DNA of 14,285 nt from Bellilinea caldifistulae (GTDB lineage: Bacteria > Chloroflexota > Anaerolineae > Anaerolineales > Anaerolineaceae). Below the pieces are notes generated by a model, which was not told the origin of the DNA, searched no databases, and saw nothing but the letters and a program-made list of their open reading frames with translations. Below, piece after piece: positions 6,537 through 13,484 of this stretch (the first letter of the stretch is position 1; each line of letters opens with the position of its first letter). The stretch lies in assembly GCF_001306055.1 (NCBI RefSeq), contig NZ_LGHJ01000025.1, positions 1 to 14,285 on the forward strand, given 5' to 3'. Position numbers and translations under genes: made by a program.

Positions 6537-7541
6537 ATGCGCATCACCCTGGAAGCCCTGCATAAAGCCGCCCGCGAGAGCGCCGAACGGTATGCCCGCC
6601 GCGATCGCAGCCTGGTTTGTATTTACCTGACCGGCTCGCTGCTCGGCGAGGAGCCACTGCTGGGTGGAACAACCGATATTGACCTGATTTTTGTCCACAC
6701 CACCCTGCCGCCTTATCCGCGTGAAATTGTGCGGCTGACCGATGAAATCCATCTGGATATTGCGCACCTGCCGCAGAGCGCCTTCCAGCAGCCGCGCCGG
6801 CTGCGCGCCGATAACTGGATCGGGGCTTTTTTGTGCGCCAACCCGATTCCGCTGCATGACCTGGGACACTGGTTTGAATTTACCCAGGCCAGCGCCGGGG
6901 CGCAGTTTGACCTGCCGGAGTATGTCCTGCAGCGTGCTCGCCAATTCAGTGAGAATGCCCGTCAATCATGGCTGGATTTGCAATCCCAGCCGCCTCAGGC
7001 CACCCCGTTGCAAATTCACCAGTACCTCGATATTCTGGAAAATGCCTCTAACGCCATCAGCGTTTTGTACGGCACCCCGTTAACCGAACGTCGTTTTCTG
7101 CTTGTTTTTCCGCAGCGCGCCGAAGCCGCCGGGCGTCCGGGCATGGCCGCCGGACTGGCCGACCTGATTCAGGATGACCCTGCCAGCCCGGAACTGATCG
7201 AAAACCTGCTGGAACCGTGGCGAGTCGCCATGCAGGCTGCCGGTAGTCTGACCGAAAAGCCGCCGCGCCTTGACCCTGCCCGTCTGCCCTATTACGAACG
7301 AGCGATCCTGTCCCTGTCCGAGGCGTCCCCCGCCGCCGGGCTGTGGCCGATGCTGCGCACATGGACGCGTGCCGCCCGCGCCCTGCCGCAAAACCCAGAT
7401 GTCCTGACCGAGTGGCAAAATGCCTGCCGCCGACTGGGACTCTCCGGCGAAGCCCTGCCCGAACGTCTCAAAGCGCTGGATGCGTACCTGGACATTGTCG
7501 AAGAGACGCTCGACCTGTGGGGAGAACGGTACGGCGTGTAA
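6537..7541 (+). CDS. Pol-beta-superfamily nucleotidyltransferase-domain protein with a long helical C-terminal region, function unknown
   Basis: Minimal NTase pattern G-S-x12-D-x-D (LTGSLLGEEPLLGGTTDIDLIF) plus a downstream acidic residue (IHLDIAH). RBS GAGGAGG (6523-6529). The gene starts 24 nt after the dNK stop, so the two are probably co-transcribed. Confidence 0.6.
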   Translation: MRITLEALHKAARESAERYARRDRSLVCIYLTGSLLGEEPLLGGTTDIDLIFVHTTLPPYPREIVRLTDEIHLDIAHLPQSAFQQPRRLRADNWIGAFLCANPIPLHDLGHWFEFTQASAGAQFDLPEYVLQRARQFSENARQSWLDLQSQPPQATPLQIHQYLDILENASNAISVLYGTPLTERRFLLVFPQRAEAAGRPGMAAGLADLIQDDPASPELIENLLEPWRVAMQAAGSLTEKPPRLDPARLPYYERAILSLSEASPAAGLWPMLRTWTRAARALPQNPDVLTEWQNACRRLGLSGEALPERLKALDAYLDIVEETLDLWGERYGV

Positions 7542-7599
7542 TAAGGAAGGAAATCACACCCCCACAGGTGGGGAGTCTCTCTGCGGTTCTTTTTTCGTT

Positions 7600-7975
7600 T
7601 TTTCCACGTTATCTGTGGATAAATGTGGAAAAACTGTGGATAAGTTGGGATGGATGTGGAAAATTGGGGATAAATGCTCAAATTATTCTGCTTTAGCGTC
7701 AAAGTCAGCCCCCCATATATGGGGGGCAAATGTCCTGGATTGCCATATATAAAAAAGCCCGCTTTATGACGAAAATTTCGGTTTTTCAATCCACGCTTTC
7801 TCCACAGAATCTATCCCCAAAGCGGGGTAATTTTTACCACTGTATGCAGCCAACCAGATCCTCATTAACCCTATATATGGGGGATTGGTGCAATCAAAGG
7901 CGGTTTTATCCACATATCCCCAGCCCCTACTGATTCTACGAATCTCATTAAACTTTATTCTGATGGGGATAAATG
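7600..7975. other. DnaA-box cluster (candidate oriC or DnaA-titrating/regulatory locus)
   Basis: Perfect boxes: TGTGGATAA at 7614-7622 and 7635-7643, TTATCCACA at 7906-7914. One-mismatch boxes at 7624-7632, 7655-7663 (TGTGGAAAA), 7665-7673, 7964-7972 (TGGGGATAA) and 7798-7806 (TTCTCCACA). Two-mismatch boxes at 7600-7608, 7811-7819 and 7914-7922. The region is non-coding, with AT-rich and T-rich stretches. Confidence 0.6.
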
Positions 7976-8022
7976 ATTGGCAAAACAGGTCAGCCGTTCA
8001 AGAAAAAAAACAGCCTATCGGG

Positions 8023-8529
8023 TTAATCGTCATCTTCACCGTTTTCCCGTCCCCTGCTTTCCTTTTCTTCATTTTCATTCCCGAAAGTCGCTGCCAATTC
8101 CTGTAAAAATACCTGCTTTTCAGCCGCACTCAGGCGGGCTTCCGGATGTAGCGGCAGGTAAAACCACGGTGGCATTTCGCCGTTTTGGACGACTTTGACC
8201 ACATCATCGGCTTCATTCTCACGAATTCCCCATTCGGATACATTCAATTTTTCTCGCCCCTCGGTCACGTCCCGGCTGATCAGCCAGGACGCCGGCGCAA
8301 TGTTGGTATACCATGGCCAGACGGTTTGATTGCTGTGACAATCGCCGCAGGCGCGCATGAAGGTTTCACGGGTTTGCGGACTGTCCCAGTTTGGTTCGGC
8401 TACCACCGGCGGGTTGGTGTGGTCTTTGCCGATTGGCAGAAATTGAATGAAAACGAAGGCAGATAAAAGGACAAGAATTGGAATGGATACAACGGTTAAA
8501 GTTAATCGAGAAAGAGGTTTGCTAGACAT
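8023..8529 (-). CDS. Heme-binding-domain (CxxCH) membrane-anchored protein
   Basis: Single N-terminal TM segment ([21 protein letters not shown]) and a CGDCH heme c attachment motif. Blocks [30 protein letters not shown] and GEMPPWFY match the Haem_bd-type domain as I recall it. RBS GGAGA lies 6 nt upstream of the ATG, and the C-terminal tail is acidic. Confidence 0.75.
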   Translation of the reverse strand: MSSKPLSRLTLTVVSIPILVLLSAFVFIQFLPIGKDHTNPPVVAEPNWDSPQTRETFMRACGDCHSNQTVWPWYTNIAPASWLISRDVTEGREKLNVSEWGIRENEADDVVKVVQNGEMPPWFYLPLHPEARLSAAEKQVFLQELAATFGNENEEKESRGRENGEDDD

Positions 8530-8666
8530 CTTGATTCTCCACGAAAAAGGGGTTTATATGTCCATATAGTCGTATTCTGTGCCAAAAAGTTACGGGCAAA
8601 AAGTTTTTTCATATCCGGCTAGGTATAAAATCAACCCAACTTCGACGATCAAGTTTGCTAAATCAA

Positions 8667-8695
8667 TTGAATTTTCAAAATATTTACTTTATAAT
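8667..8695 (+). promoter_or_regulatory. Sigma70-like promoter candidate for the lipoprotein gene
   Basis: TTGAAT (8667-8672), a 17-nt spacer, then TATAAT (8690-8695). It lies 36 nt upstream of ATG 8732 in a very AT-rich divergent intergenic region. Confidence 0.4.
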
Positions 8696-8731
8696 TTTTG
8701 TAAAATTTATCATATTTAAACGAGTGTTTAG

Positions 8732-9421
8732 ATGAATATTTTAAGGCGCTTTTTGATCGTTCTGTTGACAGCCGTGGTGGCTGCCGGACTGTCCGCCTGC
8801 GCGGGAAGTGGTGATTCGGGAAGCCTGCCGGAAATTACCTCACCTATAATCCCGACCGCGTTGCCTTCCCCCGTTCCAACCCAAACAGCGCCCCCAACCG
8901 AAGTACCGTCGCCGCTCCCTACCGAGACTACTGCGCCTGATCTGGTGCTGGAACCCTGCATCATTGGACGTTGGGTGGTGGTGGATGCTGCACCGTATTT
9001 TCAAACCGCTTTCGAAGGCACGGATATTACTTACGTGGGGACAAGCGGGAATGCATGGTATCAGTTCAACCCCATGGGTCAGCTGTTTTTTGAAGCCATT
9101 CAGTTCACCCAAACTGCTTCGATCAAAGCCGGCTCGACCGATGTGCTGATGGATGTCATCATTGACGGGCCGGGATTTGCAGACTATCGTGTTGAAGAAA
9201 TCGGGAAGATCGTTTTCAGTAATGTGGCATCTTCCAGTGTTACTCTCGAAGTAGAAATTTTCGGCGAACGAGAGCTGTTGGATACGGTCGGTTTGTTTGG
9301 CGATCCCGCTGCGGCTGAGACCGTCTTCTTGTACGATTGTCAGGGCAGCAACCGCTTGCTGTTGACCCCGCCGCTGAAAAATTACGACGTCTTTCCGCTC
9401 ATTCTGGAACGCTATCCGTAG
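8732..9421 (+). CDS. Lipoprotein of unknown function
   Basis: Signal peptide with a lipobox (VVAAGLSAC followed by AGSG), then a Pro/Thr-rich linker (PTALPSPVPTQTAPPTEVPSPLPTETTAP) and a globular domain with two Cys. I recognise no family signature. Confidence 0.65.
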   Translation: MNILRRFLIVLLTAVVAAGLSACAGSGDSGSLPEITSPIIPTALPSPVPTQTAPPTEVPSPLPTETTAPDLVLEPCIIGRWVVVDAAPYFQTAFEGTDITYVGTSGNAWYQFNPMGQLFFEAIQFTQTASIKAGSTDVLMDVIIDGPGFADYRVEEIGKIVFSNVASSSVTLEVEIFGERELLDTVGLFGDPAAAETVFLYDCQGSNRLLLTPPLKNYDVFPLILERYP

Positions 9422-9514
9422 CGGCATGCGGTCAAAGCCGGCAGGGAGATTCAATCGTTGCACATGGCGTAAACTTTAATCCGCCTTTAATCGCCATGGT
9501 TTACAATCGCATTC

Positions 9515-10819
9515 ATGCTGCGAAAAATCATTCAAATCTCCTTCATCCATGTTGCTGTGGCGATGACGCTGGTGCCGATCAACAGCACCCTCAACCGGGT
9601 GATGATCAAGGAACTGGCGCTTTCGGCTGCGCTGGTTTCTCTGCTGGCGTCTCTGCCGTATCTTTTCGCTCCAATTCAGGTGATGATCGGCTCGTACTCC
9701 GACCGTCACCCAATTTTTGGCTGGCGGCGCAGCCCCTACATTGCGCTGGGGCTGTTGCTATGCGTGGCAGCTTTGGGTGTGGCGCCGTTTGCCGTGTTCA
9801 CCATGCCGCAAAACCCCGGTCTGGGGCTGGTGCTGACTTTGCTGACCTTTGCCGCGTGGGGCATGGGGTACAATCTGGCGGCGGTCAGTTATTTCTCGCT
9901 GGCTTCGGAATTGACCGGCGAACAGGGACGCAGCCGCGCCGTTGCGGTGATGATGACCCTGATGATCCTCTCGATCATCTTCACCGCTGCCACCCTCAGT
10001 CGGCTGCTGGTGGATTATTCGCCCGAACAGCTGCAAACCGCCTTTTTATATGTGGCCGGGGCAGCCCTGCTGCTGGGAATCATCGGCCTGCTCGGTTTGG
10101 AGCCGCGCAACAGCCGCCCGCTGCAAAATGTGCCGGATGAAGAACGCACCGGCTGGGTTAGCACCCTGCGGGTGGTGTTTGCCAATCCGGTGGCGCGGCG
10201 TTTCTTCTTTTACCTGATTTTGCTGCTGGCCGCCATTCTGGGGCAGGATGTCCTGCTGGAACCGTTTGCCGCCCAGGCATTCAACCTGCCGGTAGCCACC
10301 ACCACCCGGATTACCTCGATTTGGGGCACCTGTATGCTGATTACCCTGGCAAGCGCCAGCCTGCTGGAACGGTGGATTGGCAAGCGCCGGGTGGCGCAGA
10401 TCGGCGGCAGCGTTGCGGTGGTTGCATTTTTGCTCATTTCCGCCAGCGCACTGGTAGAAAACACCGGCATGTTTTACGGCGGGGTGGTGCTTTTGGGTTT
10501 GGGCAGCGGGCTGGCCACTGTTTCCAACCTCTCGCTGATGCTGGATATGACCACCGAACGGGTAGGGCTGTATATCGGGGCGTGGGGCATCGCCAACGCC
10601 CTCTCGCGGCTGACCGGCACACTTTCCAGCGGCGTACTGCGCGATTTGATCAGTCTGCTGACCGGCAATCCGCTGGCGGGTTATGTGATCGTCTTTTTCC
10701 TGTTTGCGGTGAGCCTGTCGGTTTCGCTGATTTTGTTGCGCCGCATCACCGTGCAGGGTTTTCAGGAATACAGCCGCCCGCTCAGTTTTGCGGAGCGTGC
10801 CGCTGCGCTAAATGATTAA
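9515..10819 (+). CDS. BCD (PucC/LhaA) family MFS transporter
   Basis: The N-terminal block TLNRVMIKELALSAALVSLLASLPYLFAPIQVMIGSYSDRHPIFGWRRSPYI fits the PucC/LhaA signature (TLNRVMI.ELG....P.L.AP.R...G..SD....GW.R.PY). About 12 hydrophobic segments in 434 aa. Confidence 0.8.
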   Translation: MLRKIIQISFIHVAVAMTLVPINSTLNRVMIKELALSAALVSLLASLPYLFAPIQVMIGSYSDRHPIFGWRRSPYIALGLLLCVAALGVAPFAVFTMPQNPGLGLVLTLLTFAAWGMGYNLAAVSYFSLASELTGEQGRSRAVAVMMTLMILSIIFTAATLSRLLVDYSPEQLQTAFLYVAGAALLLGIIGLLGLEPRNSRPLQNVPDEERTGWVSTLRVVFANPVARRFFFYLILLLAAILGQDVLLEPFAAQAFNLPVATTTRITSIWGTCMLITLASASLLERWIGKRRVAQIGGSVAVVAFLLISASALVENTGMFYGGVVLLGLGSGLATVSNLSLMLDMTTERVGLYIGAWGIANALSRLTGTLSSGVLRDLISLLTGNPLAGYVIVFFLFAVSLSVSLILLRRITVQGFQEYSRPLSFAERAAALND

Positions 10820-11586
10820 TCGGGATTACGCCGGCGCACGGCGCGTAAAAAGCCGGGAGTGTTCAACCCGCGCTCAAGGTAGTAGGTCAGGTAGTCCTGC
10901 ATACGCGTTTCCATTTCCTGCTGAACCGGCAGGGGGATGACCGCGCGGCCGGCTTCTGCGTAGGAACTGCGTTGAAAGTGGCGTAAAAAACGCAGGGCAT
11001 TGACCGAAACCGGCCTCGCCGAGGTGTCCTGTCCGCCGCAGCGCGGGCAGAGCACGCCCCCCAGCAGCGGCGAGAAAAACTGATCCACCGGCTGAATTTC
11101 CTCGCCGCACCCCACGCAGCGGAACAACTCCGGGCGGAAACCGAGCAGGTCGAGCAGGCGTAATTCGTAATAGCGCAGAACGGTGAAGGAGGGATGACCC
11201 TCATTCAGCCGCTGCAGGGTGACCGCCAGCAAATCGAACAGGGCGCGGTTGCCGCCTTCTTCGTAGGTGAACCGGTCGAGCAGTTCCACCACATAACTGG
11301 CGTGGGCAATCCGCTCCAAATCGTCGCGCAGGGAAAGGTAGGCCGCCAGCGTTTCGGCCTGGGTGACAATCCACAGGTCTCGTCCGCGCGCCAGCATCAA
11401 TTTGACGCGGGTGAACGGTTCCAGGTGGCCGGCTTTGCGCGAGCGCAAACGGCGCACGCCTTTGGCAATGGCGCGCAGTTTGCCTTCTTCGCGGGTATAG
11501 AGGGTCAGCAGGCGGTCGGCTTCGCCCCAGTCGTTGTGGCGCAGGACGATGGCTTCCACCCGCAGGGTACGTTCGGATGACGGCAT
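10816..11586 (-). CDS. recO: DNA repair/recombination mediator protein RecO
   Basis: N-terminal OB-fold block (EAIVLRHNDWGEADRLLTLYTREEGKLRAIAKGVRR..SR) and C-terminal zinc motif CVGCG..x..CPRCGG, in 256 aa. RBS AGGAAG lies upstream of ATG 11586. Its stop overlaps the convergent MFS gene stop. Confidence 0.9.
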   Translation of the reverse strand: MPSSERTLRVEAIVLRHNDWGEADRLLTLYTREEGKLRAIAKGVRRLRSRKAGHLEPFTRVKLMLARGRDLWIVTQAETLAAYLSLRDDLERIAHASYVVELLDRFTYEEGGNRALFDLLAVTLQRLNEGHPSFTVLRYYELRLLDLLGFRPELFRCVGCGEEIQPVDQFFSPLLGGVLCPRCGGQDTSARPVSVNALRFLRHFQRSSYAEAGRAVIPLPVQQEMETRMQDYLTYYLERGLNTPGFLRAVRRRNPD

Positions 11587-11684
11587 GGGTTCTTCCTGTA
11601 GAGTAATCGGAAAGAGACGAGGAATGTGCCACCCGCACTGGTAATTGCACCTGCACTGTAAAGGAGTTGCTTTGCACGGAATAA

Positions 11685-11738
11685 CATTAAAGGTTTTACG
11701 TCTTTGCGAGCCGCCGTCAGGCGGCGTGGCAATCTTCC
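11685..11738 (+). repeat. Solo, variant copy of the array repeat family (spans a unit junction)
   Basis: ACATTAAAGGTTTTACGTCTTTGCGAGC....GGCAATCTTCC matches a unit end plus unit start of the 5091-5775 array. The GCGAGCGC-rich core is replaced by a perfect hairpin GCCGCC-GTCA-GGCGGC (11710-11725). Confidence 0.65.
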
Positions 11739-11823
11739 TGATTATCGGGTTGGAAAAGAGCAGTTTGATCCGATTTGAGGGAATGAAAAAAATCGTATCT
11801 CCTGCCTATTATACATCCAGCCC

Positions 11824-12543
11824 CTACGGCACAAAGTGAATTGCAGGGTGAGGGGGAATTATCTGTTGAATGAAGGTGACCCAACCGATGCTGATCAACA
11901 TCAGCAGGAAAAACGCCAGCGGGTAATGCCACAAGCGTACTGGTCTGGCCTGCCGTTGTTCTGCATCCGGCAGGCAGTAAGCCGGCAAGTAGGTCATCAG
12001 ACCGTAAATCAACATCCACATGGCAAAACCACCAACTTGCTGAATGCCAAAAGCGAGAATCTCGCCCACCCAGCCCAGAAAACCGCTGATTATAAACACC
12101 GCAAACGGAGAAAAATCCAATCGGGTTAATAAAATTGCCCATCCCACAAACCAGCCGAAAAACACAATGACACTATGATGAAAGATCACGTCCCAGTAAT
12201 CGGTTGAGGCAGTGATGTAGGCTTGTCCGATTGGAACACCGAAGAAGGGCGCAAGATTGGTCATGCTCACCGCAATGGCTTCTTCGATCATCGCCATCAA
12301 AGTGGCGAACAGGATGAATTTAATCTGCCAAATGCCCGGCAGGTTAAGAATCAGGGAACGGATACGGTTGCGCTGCCAGAAAGTCAGCCCGCCGATGATT
12401 CCCACCCAGCCAGTGACCAGACCGGCAGCCATGCCGATGACGGCATTTTCAGCCGGCTTTGAGCGGGTAATCAGCCACAGGACTGAAAGCAATACCAGCG
12501 TACAGGCAAGTAAAAAGAGGACGAACAGTCCCTTGAAACGCAT
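11824..12543 (-). CDS. Polytopic membrane protein, unknown function (about 7 hydrophobic segments)
   Basis: 239-aa ORF with hydrophobic segments throughout and no family signature I recognise. There is no Shine-Dalgarno. A TAGAAT hexamer (complement of 12550-12555) lies 6 nt upstream of the ATG, so a leaderless start is possible. The start codon is uncertain. Confidence 0.55.
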   Translation of the reverse strand: MRFKGLFVLFLLACTLVLLSVLWLITRSKPAENAVIGMAAGLVTGWVGIIGGLTFWQRNRIRSLILNLPGIWQIKFILFATLMAMIEEAIAVSMTNLAPFFGVPIGQAYITASTDYWDVIFHHSVIVFFGWFVGWAILLTRLDFSPFAVFIISGFLGWVGEILAFGIQQVGGFAMWMLIYGLMTYLPAYCLPDAEQRQARPVRLWHYPLAFFLLMLISIGWVTFIQQIIPPHPAIHFVP

Positions 12544-12604
12544 GATTAAATTCTAGCAGGGGTTGATGAGGAATAGAGGCGGAGCAGGACAAAGGATGGA
12601 AAAC

Positions 12605-12638
12605 ATAAAAAAGCCTGCCCGTGGGGAGGCGGGCAGGC
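12605..12638 (-). terminator. Rho-independent terminator after the rhodopsin gene
   Basis: Perfect 9-bp GC-rich stem GCCTGCCCG (12613-12621) / CGGGCAGGC (12630-12638) with an 8-nt loop. On the minus strand it is followed by a T-run (complement of AAAAAA 12607-12612). It begins 21 nt after the stop at 12660. Confidence 0.75.
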
Positions 12639-12659
12639 AGGCTGGCTGGAGTTCTCGCA

Positions 12660-13469
12660 TCAGTTGATGCTGACCATTTCCACTTCTTTTTCGGCGGAAG
12701 TGGTTATCCAGCCTTCGGCTTTGCTCAAATCCATGGCCACTTTGGTTACCAGCACACCGTAGATGACTTTGGAGGTAATATCGGCCACGGTGTAAATGGC
12801 CTGCCGCAGCACAACACCGTCAGCAGTCGGCAGGATAGCCGGCATGATGTAGGCAAGCGGGTAAATCGTCCACGCAATCAGAAACAGCCAGCGGATGCTC
12901 TTCATGGTTGCGGCAGCGGATGCCGGCATGCGCGGCAACGCTCGGCCGATTTCCACCCACACATAATAAAGCAGGATGATGTAGAAAACGGTGCTGATGC
13001 CGCCCCACGCCCAAAGCGCGGTCAGGTTGGTTACTTCGTAAAACTGGCCGACGTAACCGAGCAAAATCATCGCCACACCCGAACCGACAAAGATAATGCC
13101 CAGACGGCGACTGGTGGCTGCACCAAGCCCGAGGATGACGACCAGTTGCAGCAGGAGCATGGGGACGTCAATCAACCAGTTCAGGTAACGAAAGCCGTTG
13201 GAGAAGACGCCCTCACTGCGCACAAATTCGCCATTCTGGAAGGTAAAGGTGGTTTGCCAGCTTTGCCATTGGGCAAACAGCAGCAAAAAGGCAGAGACCA
13301 TCACAATTCCGCCCAGCACCGAAGCGATGCGGTAGCGGGGAGCCACCTCGCGCATGGTGGTCATAAAGTAGACAAACCCGGCTGCCATCGAGGCGAAGCC
13401 TAAAATCAAAATGTGGGCAACCAGTTGCCATTGTACAGGGTCATAAGTGAGCATATTCTCAATGTTCAT
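12660..13469 (-). CDS. Microbial (type 1) rhodopsin with NDQ motif, predicted light-driven Na+ pump class
   Basis: Seven hydrophobic helices. Helix C FRYLNWLIDVPMLLLQL gives N97 (AAC, 13181-13179), D101 (GAC, 13169-13167) and Q108 (CAA, 13148-13146), all checked by hand. Helix G ADITSKVIYGVL supplies the Schiff-base lysine K234 (12770-12768) and D230. It aligns well with my recollection of Krokinobacter KR2 (YRYLNWLIDVPMLLFQ, ADVSSKVIYGVL). Confidence 0.85.
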   Translation of the reverse strand: MNIENMLTYDPVQWQLVAHILILGFASMAAGFVYFMTTMREVAPRYRIASVLGGIVMVSAFLLLFAQWQSWQTTFTFQNGEFVRSEGVFSNGFRYLNWLIDVPMLLLQLVVILGLGAATSRRLGIIFVGSGVAMILLGYVGQFYEVTNLTALWAWGGISTVFYIILLYYVWVEIGRALPRMPASAAATMKSIRWLFLIAWTIYPLAYIMPAILPTADGVVLRQAIYTVADITSKVIYGVLVTKVAMDLSKAEGWITTSAEKEVEMVSIN

Positions 13470-13484
13470 GGTTCTTTTTCCTCT

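Noticed and set aside
6537-7541. CBASS-type cGAS/DncV-like nucleotidyltransferase
   Set aside because: Only the generic Pol-beta NTase motif is present. There is no adjacent effector or Cap genes, and the downstream DNA is non-coding.
7557-7603. CCCCAC..GTGGGG plus a T-rich tract as the terminator of the NTase-domain gene
   Set aside because: The complementary arms leave a 2-nt loop, so only about 4 bp are usable, and the T-run is 14 nt away. The T-rich tract may instead belong to the DnaA-box region.
7292-8106. Small ORFs (65-165 aa) on both strands across the DnaA-box region
   Set aside because: They have no RBS or motifs, overlap one another, and run through the repeated box sequences. 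The region is better explained as non-coding regulatory or origin DNA.
9337-10815. ORFs 9337-10140 (+), 10321-10815 (+) and several minus-strand ORFs inside the MFS gene
   Set aside because: They are out-of-frame overlaps with a gene that carries a strong PucC/LhaA signature. Their Arg/Gly/Ala-rich composition is typical of off-frame translation of GC-rich coding DNA.
11824-12543. Calling the membrane protein next to the rhodopsin a Brp/Blh beta-carotene dioxygenase
   Set aside because: It is tempting from context, but I cannot find the pattern of spaced conserved histidines or other similarity to Blh as I recall it. It is left as unknown.
12621-13403. 260-aa ORF on the plus strand
   Set aside because: It is the antisense shadow of the rhodopsin gene, with Gly/His/Arg-rich low-complexity translation and no motifs.
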